The notes beneath the pieces were generated by a model that saw nothing but the letters and a program-made list of their open reading frames with translations, was not told where the DNA came from and made no database searches. Positions 54,297-64,000 of a stretch of DNA of 64,000 nt are shown in pieces. Every line of letters begins with the position of its first letter. Within the stretch, counting starts at the first letter, position 1. Source of the stretch: Candidatus Bathyarchaeia archaeon (GTDB lineage Archaea > Thermoproteota > Bathyarchaeia > Bathyarchaeales > Bathycorpusculaceae); NCBI GenBank assembly GCA_050010515.1, contig JBEKKX010000008.1, positions 1 to 64,000 of the forward strand. The letters are read 5' to 3'. Position numbers and translations under genes: made by a program.

Positions 54297-54561
54297 GAGT
54301 TAGCTCTTTTTTCGCCCAAACCTTCTGCGTCTCATGTTGTAAAGTCACCGAGTCTACGTTCACATCCTTAAGTAGTCCTTCTATGGCTTTTACGGGGTCA
54401 CCTTCGAAGTTGGCGGGTTCTTTTTCGGTTGTTGAAAGCCATTTAAGGATGGCTTCCTCGGCGGCTTTGCTTAGAGCTCCTTTTCCGTAGCCAAAGCGTT
54501 TCATGGCTGCTTCTCTGAATTTCTCTTTCACTTTAGGATTTATTTGGACTCTGAGAGACAT
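54283..54561 (-). CDS. Ribbon-helix-helix antitoxin
   Basis: KFREAAMKRFGYGKGALSKAAEEAI motif; overlaps the PIN start. Confidence 0.8.
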   Translation of the reverse strand: MSLRVQINPKVKEKFREAAMKRFGYGKGALSKAAEEAILKWLSTTEKEPANFEGDPVKAIEGLLKDVNVDSVTLQHETQKVWAKKELTHVPC

Positions 54562-54651
54562 GTTATATTACCTTATTGCCATATCGCTGAATTAGCCTTT
54601 ATCCTTTTTTCCTATCTAACTACTACAAAACTTTTACCAGAAGTTGCAGAC

Positions 54652-56346
54652 TTATTTCGCAAGAATTCTCTGCAGGTTAATTTCGAAAGCTGCGACTGGG
54701 TTCTCAAGTTTCCAGGCCTCAAGCACCAAAGGATTAACTTCGCCGATAATGCCAATTTCGACGTCGCCGACTATTATTTTGCCGATTCTGCCTTCGATGA
54801 AGCTTGGATGAGCGGTTTCTTTTATTTTCCAGTCAACCCCAAAATTAGCAAAAAATGCGTCGAGGTCAGATTTGATTTCGGTGAAGTTAGCGTTTGCGTG
54901 TGCTGTTGCGGCACAGAGCCATTCTTCGTCTCTCGTTCTGGTCTCTTTTGCTTCGTCTGGCAGGGTGACTTTGCCGAGTTCGAATATTTTTTGGGGGAAC
55001 TCTACGGATTGGTTGTTGCTGAGGAACTCCATGATGCTTGGCAGCAGCCAGTTGCGCAGGCACGTCATGGTTACCACTTTGGGGTTGGCAAGTTCCACAT
55101 TCTTGGTTTTTTGCGTGTTCATTTTTTCGAAGAGGTTTTCTTGATTGGTCAATGTGTAGGTTAAGATTTCTTGGTAGCCTAAACCAACCATAAGTTCCCG
55201 TGCGATATCGATTAATCGCTGATCTAGCTTTGCACGCCCAGTTGTGGCTAGTTCGCGCCAACGTGGCTCAATATTGTTATAGCCATAAGCGATGGCGACA
55301 TCCTCGATCAAATCGACTTGGTGCATTACGTCTACGCGGTAGCATGGAACAAGCACCTCTACGCTGTCAGCCTGCGTTTTTTCGATGCCTAAACCTGCAG
55401 TTAACAGAAGCTCAGAAATGCGATGTGCCGAAAGCTTCAGTCCCAAAAGCTTATTCGTGTACTCGACACTCAAAGACAAGCACCTGCTGCTAAAATCTGG
55501 GGTTACCACTTCTTTCTCTGGGTACTCTGATTCTTGTGGGTAATGGATTGTTGCCGAGTAAGCTTTTCCGCCGCGGTCAATCAAGGCGGAAGTGACAAGG
55601 TTAAGCGTGTTTAACACTGTCTTATGCATGGTGCCTGTAACTTCAACAAGCAGGTTGCGTGTTTCTTCGGTGACTTTGCCAAGGTCGTTTGAGTTTATGA
55701 TTGGCGGAAAAGACAACACGTTGCCTTTAGAGTCAAATAGCATCGGGTAGACAGGGTGTTTTTTGACTATGTCGCCATACTCAATGCCTTTAGGGTGCCG
55801 CTCAAGGATTTCCGCTAAACTCATTTTTTCTGTAAAGCCCAGCGGAACAAAGCTTACATCGTTCGGTTTGGCAACCGTGTACTCTAATGGCGGAGTTATC
55901 AGGTCTATGTTGTATATGCCGATGGATGTTTTTTGTCGGCTTCTGCCGTAAGTTTTGTCCAGTTTGTCCTGTAAGTGCATTAAGCCGCGGATTATGGGGT
56001 CAGTCAGGTGAATATCTTTTACTACGGAGCAGCAGATGAACGGGCGAATGTTGTAGAGTTTTGCGTTAACATTTACCTCTATAGCTGGTTTGCCGGCTGC
56101 GTATTGCTTAAGCCCTTTTTGTTGGTTTAGGTAGCCGCGTAATGCTCGGCTTAAACCTTCAACACTCCAAAGGTCAGGGCGGTTGGTGTCTTTCATTTCT
56201 ATGCTGACGACGCCTTCACGTTCACTGTAAAGCTTGACCTCGCCCTTGATATAGACTAAAATCTCATCTAACCGTGCCATGTCACCCTGCAGCTCAAGGC
56301 CAAGCAAGCGCTCAAGCTCCTGGTATTCAACGTCGATTGTGGGCAT
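54652..56346 (-). CDS. pheT: Phenylalanyl-tRNA synthetase beta subunit
   Basis: NRPDL, PPIINS, R.DVMHQVDLIEDVAIAYGY and FELG motifs. Confidence 0.97.
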   Translation of the reverse strand: MPTIDVEYQELERLLGLELQGDMARLDEILVYIKGEVKLYSEREGVVSIEMKDTNRPDLWSVEGLSRALRGYLNQQKGLKQYAAGKPAIEVNVNAKLYNIRPFICCSVVKDIHLTDPIIRGLMHLQDKLDKTYGRSRQKTSIGIYNIDLITPPLEYTVAKPNDVSFVPLGFTEKMSLAEILERHPKGIEYGDIVKKHPVYPMLFDSKGNVLSFPPIINSNDLGKVTEETRNLLVEVTGTMHKTVLNTLNLVTSALIDRGGKAYSATIHYPQESEYPEKEVVTPDFSSRCLSLSVEYTNKLLGLKLSAHRISELLLTAGLGIEKTQADSVEVLVPCYRVDVMHQVDLIEDVAIAYGYNNIEPRWRELATTGRAKLDQRLIDIARELMVGLGYQEILTYTLTNQENLFEKMNTQKTKNVELANPKVVTMTCLRNWLLPSIMEFLSNNQSVEFPQKIFELGKVTLPDEAKETRTRDEEWLCAATAHANANFTEIKSDLDAFFANFGVDWKIKETAHPSFIEGRIGKIIVGDVEIGIIGEVNPLVLEAWKLENPVAAFEINLQRILAK

Positions 56347-56347
56347 T

Positions 56348-57877
56348 TTATGTCACCTGTTTTCTCCTTAGCCAATCAAGGTCTTGGCTGAAAATCAGAC
56401 GTATATCATCGATGCCTGCACGCATCATAAACAATCGGTCAACGCCAAGTCCCCAAGCGATAACTGGCACTTTTACGCCAAGCGGCAAGGTAACTTCTGG
56501 GCGGAAGATTCCTGAACCGCCGAATTCTACCCAGCCGTAGCCTTCTTTGTAGGCGCTCAGTTCCACGCTGGGTTCTGTGAATGGGAAATAGTCCGGTTTG
56601 AAGCATACTTTGTCTGCTCCAGCAATCTCCATAGCAAACTTGCCCAGCACGCCTAAGAGGTCTTTCAGGGTTAGATTTTCATCTATGATTATGCCTTCAA
56701 CCTGATTGAACTCTGACAGGTGGGTTTTATCGGTTATTTCTGGACGGTAAACCCGCGCTATTGAGAAATATTTGCTTGGAACTTGGAAATTTTTGCTCTC
56801 CAATGTTCTTGCGCTGAGACATGTGCCGTGACCACGCAGAATCAACCGCTGGGCTGCTAGCAGTGAGTATTTGTATTCCCATCCTGTTGAACCTGTTATC
56901 CAGCCGTTCTCATGCGTCTCCGAAACATGCTCGACCGCTTCGCCATGTTGCCCTATCTCGCCGTACTCTGGGTCTTTGATGTAGTAGATGTCGCTTGGTT
57001 CACGCGCTGGATGGTCCTGCGGCACGTAAAGAGCATCGAAGTTGAAGAAGCTGGTTTCAACGTTGGTACCTGTCATTTCTTGGAAGCCAAGGTTAACAAG
57101 TTTTGCCCGAACCTCATCAAGGAATTGTAAGTAAGGGTGTTTTTTTCCAGGCCAAGTTTTAGCTACAGGCGCTTCAATATTGTACTTTTGCAGTTTTGAG
57201 GTGTGCCATTTGCCTGTGATTATAAGTTCTGGTGTGAGTTGGGTTACTTCTTGAGGGGCTGTTTTGGCTTCTGCGGCTGCTTTTTTGCCTTGAGGGGTGA
57301 TTTGGAGTGTGCGTGCGGTTTTGGGCTCAATGGTTAAGAGCGTGCGTTTCTTCAGCTGTTCGGCTGCTACTTTTAGCTCTGGGCTTAAGTCTTCCAGTGC
57401 TGCTTGGTCCTTGTCGTTTAGGTATTTAAGGAGGGTTTCGTCGCATCCTTCCTCAATGAACTCTTGATGCAGCAGCGGTTCAGCTATGCGTATTGTGTTG
57501 TCGCTTGAGGTGTAGAGTGCCCATTTTTTTCTTATCGCCCAGCCAAGCGCAATCTGAACAAACTCCGGTTCAATTCCCGTTTGCTGCGCCGCTTTTTTGA
57601 GATCGGCTACTCCGCCGAGCGCTGCCACGGCATGGATTAGTTTGCGTTCGGGCAAGCCGTTTTTCGCGTATGCCTCACCTTCAGCTGTTAGTTTGATGAC
57701 GTTTTGGTATTCGGCGTGTATGGCGACGTAGCTTTTTTCTTGAAGAGTTAGCCCAGTTCGCATGACTGCGGTATCTGGGAAACCACATGTGTCAATTAGT
57801 TGTTCTACTGAGGCTTTTCCGCCAAGCGATGCTAGTGCGGAGAGTAATTGTTGTTCTTGCGTTCTGAGCTCAACCAT
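56348..57877 (-). CDS. pheS: Phenylalanyl-tRNA synthetase alpha subunit
   Basis: NFDALYVPQDHPAR, THLSEF.QVEG, YFPFTEPS and GIFRPEV motifs; ATG at 57877. Confidence 0.97.
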   Translation of the reverse strand: MVELRTQEQQLLSALASLGGKASVEQLIDTCGFPDTAVMRTGLTLQEKSYVAIHAEYQNVIKLTAEGEAYAKNGLPERKLIHAVAALGGVADLKKAAQQTGIEPEFVQIALGWAIRKKWALYTSSDNTIRIAEPLLHQEFIEEGCDETLLKYLNDKDQAALEDLSPELKVAAEQLKKRTLLTIEPKTARTLQITPQGKKAAAEAKTAPQEVTQLTPELIITGKWHTSKLQKYNIEAPVAKTWPGKKHPYLQFLDEVRAKLVNLGFQEMTGTNVETSFFNFDALYVPQDHPAREPSDIYYIKDPEYGEIGQHGEAVEHVSETHENGWITGSTGWEYKYSLLAAQRLILRGHGTCLSARTLESKNFQVPSKYFSIARVYRPEITDKTHLSEFNQVEGIIIDENLTLKDLLGVLGKFAMEIAGADKVCFKPDYFPFTEPSVELSAYKEGYGWVEFGGSGIFRPEVTLPLGVKVPVIAWGLGVDRLFMMRAGIDDIRLIFSQDLDWLRRKQVT

Positions 57878-58035
57878 ACAGCTTTCCTTCGTCCACGTAA
57901 GTTTTGTTAAGGGATAATTCTTGCGCCACAAATAAAAGCATGCTGATTGGCTTAAGGGTCTAGTGCTGGTGCGGTTTATAAAAACAAAAAATAAAACTTG
58001 TGTATATTTAGCTCTTGGCTTTTGCCTCAGGGTAT

Positions 58036-58093
58036 TTGTGTGTGCTCAAGCCTACCCCCCGGTCTACTAGATGCGCCTAATAGGCTCCAAATA
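58036..58093 (+). repeat. About 60-bp dispersed intergenic repeat, copy 2
   Basis: TTGTGTGTGCTCAAGCCTACCCCCCGG...AATAGGCTCCAAATA. Confidence 0.65.
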
Positions 58094-58329
58094 TGATTCA
58101 ACATAGATGTGCATGGAGGTTAAGTTGCGCACTTTGCATGCAAAACGGTGCTTTTCAACATAGAAAAAGCTGTTTTTTTATGTAGAAAAAAAGCACTAAA
58201 AGAAAAAAAAGAGCTAAATACTCACTTCAGATGTTTTCCTTAATCACACCAAAAATGGTTAAGAATTAAGTATCTGGAACAGGCATATCGTTGTGATTTG
58301 TTTATACTTGGAAAACAATGAAACACAGT

Positions 58330-58647
58330 CTAAATATCTAAGTCGTTTAAAAATTTCCAGAATTCTTCGATACACCTGATAACTCTTATTTCCAAATAGT
58401 TAAAGCCGTAATTTGTGTCCTCATCAATTGGTTCTCTGAAAAACCCCACTGTATGAGGATAATTATTTTCAAACTCCGCAACATCCACAATATCCATTAA
58501 ACTAACTTGGGACTTTGAGTTTCCCTTCTTACGATCTTTGAACACTACTGAATAGTAAAGGTATTTTCTTTCCTCATTTCCTGACGCGGGAAAACTGATT
58601 AACCAATCCATCTCTTGGAAATGAAAACTTTTCCTTTTTCTTTCCAA
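58330..58647 (-). CDS. Hypothetical protein (AT-rich)
   Basis: GGAG RBS before TTG; 105 aa; no family recognised. Confidence 0.55.
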   Translation of the reverse strand: MERKRKSFHFQEMDWLISFPASGNEERKYLYYSVVFKDRKKGNSKSQVSLMDIVDVAEFENNYPHTVGFFREPIDEDTNYGFNYLEIRVIRCIEEFWKFLNDLDI

Positions 58648-58843
58648 TTTCCTAGCTCCTCAACCTCAACACATTCAACTACCAATGTGCAGCATACCTA
58701 TGTTAATATTTGCCGTCAAAATTAAAGTTCTGACCAGCAAAAATTTTTGACAAGTACTCGAATTAACTTTCTTTTTCCAGTTTTTTCTATCAAAGGTAAA
58801 TTTAGGCTATTTAGTTCCTATGTTCGAATCCCAGGTACCTACG

Positions 58844-58957
58844 CAGGTTGTTCCCATGGTGGAAGTGTTTCCGCTTGAGCAAGCCGCAGTGGCTTTTGAA
58901 CGGATGATGGCTGTAAAGGTTCATTTCCGAGCAGTCCTAAAGGTAAGTGAGGGTTAA
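58844..58957 (+). pseudogene. C-terminal remnant of a Zn-dependent alcohol dehydrogenase
   Basis: VVPMVEVFPLEQAAVAFERMMAVKVHFRAVL, typical of an AdhP-type C-terminus; no upstream coding sequence. Confidence 0.65.
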
Positions 58958-58959
58958 AC

Positions 58960-59673
58960 ATGATTGAAATCTTAAAAATCATTCAAGAAAGACAATCCGC
59001 GAGAGTACCCTTTGACCCGAACCGCCCAGTACCAAAAGAGAAGCTAAAACAGATTTTAAATGCTGGAAGATGGGCGCCAACCGCACACAACATGCAAAAC
59101 TACGAGGTAGTCGTCGTTGACGACAAGGCAGTTCTGGAAAAAGTAGGAAACATCAAATCACGCATATCCGAAGATTTCCTGCGCGAAAACTATGAACAAT
59201 TGTCCTTCTCAAAAGAGGAACTTTTGAAAAAGAAAACCGGAATCCTAGGCACAATGTTTCCGCCAGCATGGGTAGACCCAGCGAAAATATCAGAGGCTGC
59301 CCGCCAAACTGCACCTATGCCGCTGACCCAGTCCATCCGAGGTAGCCCAACGCTTCTGATAGTGATATACGATTCTAGGAAGAGGGCACCTGCTTCAGCA
59401 GGCGACGTTTTAGGTTTCATGAGTCTAGGCTGCGTTATGGAGAACATGTGGCTTATGGCGCAAGCTTTAGGAGTTAGCCTACAAATTCTCAGTTCCTTCG
59501 CCGCCCCCCATGTGGAAGCAGAGCTTAAGCAGCTTCTCGGAGTTCCCGAATACATGAAAATCGCTTATACATGCCGCTTAGGATACCCCACCTCCTCAAC
59601 CAAAAACCTCAGAGTACGCCGCGACATAGAAGACTTCGTCCACCATAACCAAATCGGAAACAAGGGTCTATAG
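58960..59673 (+). CDS. Nitroreductase-family protein
   Basis: I.ERQSAR, WAPTAHNMQ, ENMWLMAQALG and RLGYP motifs. Confidence 0.92.
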   Translation: MIEILKIIQERQSARVPFDPNRPVPKEKLKQILNAGRWAPTAHNMQNYEVVVVDDKAVLEKVGNIKSRISEDFLRENYEQLSFSKEELLKKKTGILGTMFPPAWVDPAKISEAARQTAPMPLTQSIRGSPTLLIVIYDSRKRAPASAGDVLGFMSLGCVMENMWLMAQALGVSLQILSSFAAPHVEAELKQLLGVPEYMKIAYTCRLGYPTSSTKNLRVRRDIEDFVHHNQIGNKGL

Positions 59674-60250
59674 CAAGAATTTGCCAGCCAGTTCTTATTA
59701 TCTGCTGTAGCGATTAGGAAAAAATGAAACTTAGCTTAAACCATATTCCTTCTTGCGGGCTGTTTGTCTCCCACGTAACCTAACACTTAACCGCATAGCT
59801 GAGCGTCGCTTTAAGCTTGGTCAAGCTCTCTCGGCGTGGGATTTTGTGCCCGTGCCCACTGTGTCCCATGTTTGGGTGAACCCGCCATCACAGCAACGCA
59901 AGCTTTGTGTTTCTTGCAGCTTCCGTTGGGTCCGTCGGCATGGATTTATCCAGTGGGATAAAACATTACAGTAAAACTGAGCAGTTAAGTATTACTATCA
60001 AAAGAAAGTGTTAAGACCCGTTTTTCTAAGTCTAATCTAAATGAGCCCAAAATTAGTGAGCCCATAGCTTAGCAAATTAAGGCAGAGTAGGCTTGCGACA
60101 CTATTTTTTCGATGTCTTCGGCGTCTGTTTCATGGTTATTTTGTTGGATAGGCTTGTTTTTGGCTGTTCTTTTACGTCACGCATGTTCATTGTTACTAGT
60201 CACTCAAGTTCATTGTTATAGAGTGTTTTAGAGAGCGCTAAAAGTGCCAT

Positions 60251-61249
60251 TCATTTGATTATGTTTTGCGGTTTGCCTTGAATGAAGGCTTTAATGTTTT
60301 CAATGGTGCCGTTAATAAGCCGCTCTAAGGACTCTTTACTGTTAAACGCGCAATGAGGCGTTATAATCACGTTTTTGAGCCTCAAAAGAATATGCTCTTG
60401 CAGCATCGTTGCCAACTGTTCCCGTGGAACATTATCCAAAAGCAACTGTGCCTCCTCTCGAATAAGTGCTTCTTCCTCCAAAACATCCAAGCCTGCGCCT
60501 CTGAGATGACCACTCAAAAGTGCTTCAGTTAGCGCTTGTGAATCGATGAGCCCGCCTCTTGCGGTATTGATTACGACGGCGCCTTTTTTCATACGTTTGA
60601 TGGTGTCCTTGTTTAAGAAGTGATGAGTCTCATTGTTGAATGGCAAATGTAAAGTAACCACGTCTGACTGCGCTAGCAAGTCAGGCCAATCCACATACTT
60701 GAAGCCTAAAGTGTCTGCCAAATTCATGTTAGGAAACTTATCATAAGCCAACACTTCCATCCTGAAGCCCTTAGCTATCTCAATCACTTTGGTGCCAATC
60801 CTACCAGTGCCCAGGACTCCGAGGATTTTCCCGTTTAAATCAAAGCCTCGAACGCCCTCACATGTAAAGTCGCCTTGACGTGTTCTCTCGTAAGAGTCAT
60901 GGATATTGCGTGAGAGGGAAAGAATCAAAGCGAACGTGTGCTCAGCAACAGTAACCTCACCATAATAAGGAACATTGCAAACTAAAATGCCCCTTCGCCT
61001 GCAAGCTTCAAGGTCTATGTGGTCAAAACCCATTGAACGAGTAGCGATTAAACGTGCCTTTTCAAGTTTATCGATGACGTCACTGTTCAGGTTAGAGTAA
61101 ATGAAAACTGAAACAACCTCAAAATCCACAACTTGGTCAACGTCTGCTTCACTTAATTCCTCCTTGAACAGGCGAATCTCATAATCGGCTAACCCCTCTT
61201 CTAGAAGAGGCTGCTCCCAATCTTGAACCTCAAAGAAAGCAATCTTCAA
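60251..61249 (-). CDS. D-isomer-specific 2-hydroxyacid dehydrogenase (D-LDH-like)
   Basis: RSMGFDHID, GTGRIG, INTARG, LDVLEEE and TPHCAF motifs. Confidence 0.93.
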   Translation of the reverse strand: MKIAFFEVQDWEQPLLEEGLADYEIRLFKEELSEADVDQVVDFEVVSVFIYSNLNSDVIDKLEKARLIATRSMGFDHIDLEACRRRGILVCNVPYYGEVTVAEHTFALILSLSRNIHDSYERTRQGDFTCEGVRGFDLNGKILGVLGTGRIGTKVIEIAKGFRMEVLAYDKFPNMNLADTLGFKYVDWPDLLAQSDVVTLHLPFNNETHHFLNKDTIKRMKKGAVVINTARGGLIDSQALTEALLSGHLRGAGLDVLEEEALIREEAQLLLDNVPREQLATMLQEHILLRLKNVIITPHCAFNSKESLERLINGTIENIKAFIQGKPQNIIK

Positions 61250-61716
61250 AAAACTCGCCGCTGTAACATTGAGTCTTATGCTTGGTATAAATAATTTGGT
61301 ATGTATTTTAATCCCTAAAGTGTGAAAAACATCGAGCAGAACACATTAAAACTTCTATCACAGTACCAGAAATACGGGTACTCTTTTTTTGGTCGTTTAG
61401 ATAGCAAAAAGAGGGCAAGTAGGTTATTTTTAGCTAGTGGGAATAGGTCTAAAAACTAGGCAGGTAGGCGCAATATTGCCTTAGAAATTGCACAGAAAAT
61501 CCTAAAAGGGGTATACTATTTGCTTGGCAGTCTCAGTAGCAAAAAGAAGGCTCCCCCCGTGGGTAAGTCAGCTTCTCAAACAAGCGTTTATATGCTGTTA
61601 TGGACGCCCCTTCCTTGGTAGAGAGTTAGTCATGTTATCTTCTAAGAGTTAAAACGCTAATTCCGATTGGTAAGGTTTAAGTGTGACATTCATGCTTTAT
61701 GAGCAAGGTGCATTAA

Positions 61717-61878
61717 ATGCCAACTCACGGTAGTTTATCTAAAGCTGGAAAAGTCCGTTCTCAAACGCCGAAAATCCAGGCGACACCAAAAACATCGCCA
61801 AGCCCAAAAAACCGAAACAAACGCAACTACGAGAAACGCGTGATTCTGCAACGGAAACCTGGGCAAAACTGGATGTAA
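61717..61878 (+). CDS. rps30e: 30S ribosomal protein S30e
   Basis: [19 protein letters not shown]; 53 aa, below the ORF-track cutoff. Confidence 0.96.
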   Translation: MPTHGSLSKAGKVRSQTPKIQATPKTSPSPKNRNKRNYEKRVILQRKPGQNWM

Positions 61879-61977
61879 GCGCACAAGCAAAAACTGTTTT
61901 TTCAAGCCTAAACATTCGCGTAGCGCTAGCGTAGTTTATTTATCACTTAACTAAACCATATTTTGGTACCCTAAACC

Positions 61978-63579
61978 TTGAAAAACGAAAATGCCTTACG
62001 GGAAATCATAAACATTCTAATGGAAATGCCTCATGCCACACGTGAAGACGCGAACCGCCTAAAAATAAAAACCGCAGCCAAATACCAACTTGAAGAGGTA
62101 CCGTCAAACGCTGATTTAATAAGCCTTTTAACGCCAAAAGAAACGAAACGCCTCTTGCCCATTTTGCGAAGGAAGACAACGCGTACAATTTCAGGCGTAA
62201 CAGTAGTCGCCACAATGACTAAACCCTACCCGTGCCCACAGCCTGAACCGTGCGCTTACTGCCCCGGAGGACCAGCCCAAGGCAGTCCACAAAGTTACAC
62301 GGGGCGTGAACCAGCAGCCATGCGCGGAACCCAAAACAACTTCGACCCGTATCTGCAGGTCAGAAGCCGCGTCGACCAACTCTCGGCGATTGGGCACAAA
62401 GTGGACAAAATCGAGTTAATCGTCATGGGCGGAACCTTCCCTGCTACACCTATGGATTATCAAACTTGGTTTATCCAACGCTGTCTAGACGCAATAACTG
62501 GCAAAAACTCCCAAAGTTTGGAAGAGGCAAAAGAAAACGCTGAAACAAGCAAAATCCGCAACGTAGGCATAACCGTGGAAACTCGTCCCGACTGGGCAAA
62601 ACAGCAACACGTTGACGCAATGCTTGACATGGGAGTGACGCGCATCGAACTTGGCGTGCAAAACCCCGATGACGAGATATACCGTTTAGTTGGCAGGACC
62701 CACACTGTAGCAGACGTGCAAGAAGCAACACGCATAGCCAAGGACGCGGGACTCAAAATTGTTTACCATTTAATGCCTGGAATGCCGGGCTCCAACCCTC
62801 AAAAAGACATTGCAGCTTTCAGACGGGTTTTCACAGACGCATCCTTTAAACCGGACATGATAAAAATTTATCCATGCCTATGCATAGCTGGCACAAAAGC
62901 GCATGAGTGGTACCAAAAAGGCACCTACAAACCCTACACAACAGAGGAAGCCATAGTACTCATCGCTGAAGTCAAAAAGTTTATTCCGCCATGGGTAAGA
63001 GTCATGCGCGTTCAACGTGACATTCCTGCAGCACTAATTTTGGCTGGCGTTAAAAAAAGCAACCTTCGCCAACTTGTGCATGAGCAACTTAAAGCGCAAG
63101 GTGCCAAGTGTCAATGTATTCGTTGCAGAGAAGTGGGGCACAGAATGGAAGTTGACCATGTGAAGCCAGACCTGGAAAAAGTCACAATCCAATCCATCAG
63201 CTATGACGCTTCAGAAGGCAAAGAAATCTTTATTTCAGCCGAAGACCAACAAAACAAAATCCTACTAGGCTATTTGCGCTTGCGTGTCCCCTCAGCAAAG
63301 GCTCACAGGCCAGAAATCACCGCCATACCATCTGCTATTGTTCGTGAGCTTCACGTTTATGGTCCACTTGTGCCAGTTGGAAAGCATTCTGCTGGCGCTT
63401 GGCAGCATAAGGGTTTTGGTGCAGACTTGCTTAAAGAAGCCGAACGTATGGCGCTTGAGGATTTTGATTTGAAAAAGCTTTTAGTTATAAGTGCGTTAGG
63501 AACAAGAAGGTATTACATGCGTTTCGGTTACGAGCGCGATGGAGTTTACGTGTCCAAAAAACTGGAGAATCCTCTATGA
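61978..63579 (+). CDS. elp3: Elongator protein 3 (tRNA U34 acetyltransferase; radical SAM plus KAT)
   Basis: RTISGV, CAYCPGG, QSYTG, ETRPD, RVQRDIP and VRELHVYG motifs. Confidence 0.96.
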   Translation: MKNENALREIINILMEMPHATREDANRLKIKTAAKYQLEEVPSNADLISLLTPKETKRLLPILRRKTTRTISGVTVVATMTKPYPCPQPEPCAYCPGGPAQGSPQSYTGREPAAMRGTQNNFDPYLQVRSRVDQLSAIGHKVDKIELIVMGGTFPATPMDYQTWFIQRCLDAITGKNSQSLEEAKENAETSKIRNVGITVETRPDWAKQQHVDAMLDMGVTRIELGVQNPDDEIYRLVGRTHTVADVQEATRIAKDAGLKIVYHLMPGMPGSNPQKDIAAFRRVFTDASFKPDMIKIYPCLCIAGTKAHEWYQKGTYKPYTTEEAIVLIAEVKKFIPPWVRVMRVQRDIPAALILAGVKKSNLRQLVHEQLKAQGAKCQCIRCREVGHRMEVDHVKPDLEKVTIQSISYDASEGKEIFISAEDQQNKILLGYLRLRVPSAKAHRPEITAIPSAIVRELHVYGPLVPVGKHSAGAWQHKGFGADLLKEAERMALEDFDLKKLLVISALGTRRYYMRFGYERDGVYVSKKLENPL

Positions 63580-64000
63580 GTCAACTTGAAAATTCAGGTT
63601 ACAAGGGCGCAGCCTTAGAAGCCCTCAAAAAAGCAGACTGCGACGTTGGAGACATTATCCGAGTCATCAGCAAAGGCAAAACCTATGAAGGCATCCTCAT
63701 ACCCCGCTCAGAACTAGGCGAAGGCACCGTAGTCATCGTTAAAATGAAAAGCGGCTACAACATCGGAATCCGCATCACAGCCGACGTCAAAATTGAAAAA
63801 ATTGGAAAAGGAACAAAACCAGCCTTTGCTTCGCCACAACTGCCAAAACAAAACCCAGTCTTGCCCCATGTTGTGATAATGAGCACAGGCGGAACAATCG
63901 CCAGCCGAGTTGACTACCGTACAGGAGCAGTACGCTCAGCGCTTTCCGCAAGCGACCTCTACGGTGTAGTTCCTGAACTATCTGATGTTGCCCAAGTTGA
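63576..64000 (+). CDS. gatD: Glu-tRNA(Gln) amidotransferase subunit D (partial, runs off the window)
   Basis: KMKSGYNIG and STGGTIASRVDYRTGAV motifs. Confidence 0.95.
   Translation, partial: MSQLENSGYKGAALEALKKADCDVGDIIRVISKGKTYEGILIPRSELGEGTVVIVKMKSGYNIGIRITADVKIEKIGKGTKPAFASPQLPKQNPVLPHVVIMSTGGTIASRVDYRTGAVRSALSASDLYGVVPELSDVAQV

Overview
Archaeal chromosomal window, most consistent with a Bathyarchaeia/TACK genome (inferred from S30e, DUF1512, mch, gatD, a stand-alone 5S rRNA and frequent TTG starts). Core genes include trpEGDCBA, cutA, lipS1, map, trpS, citG-like, mch, pheS/pheT, rps30e, elp3, partial gatD, tRNA-Arg(TCG), tRNA-Ile(GAT) and 5S rRNA. They alternate with accessory blocks carrying oxidative/nitrosative-stress genes, toxin-antitoxin pairs, a STAND/KaiC signalling module and many gene remnants. 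Two signals stand out. (1) trpE has no in-frame ATG/GTG/TTG ahead of its conserved N-terminal domain. A 16-codon leader ORF (ATG GGG AAT CAC CTT TGG C...) instead enters the trpE frame by a +1 shift exactly at CUU-UGG, a prfB-like slippery site with a Trp codon in place of the stop. This suggests tryptophan-sensing programmed frameshifting, although an indel in the adjacent (CA)n run is an alternative. (2) Accessory cassettes are repeatedly bounded by decayed duplicates of the 3' end of the neighbouring host gene (trpS twice, tRNA-Arg, a tRNA-Leu-like end twice, mch), implying serial cassette accretion with 3'-end replacement. Family assignments are from motif recognition only; no database searches were run.
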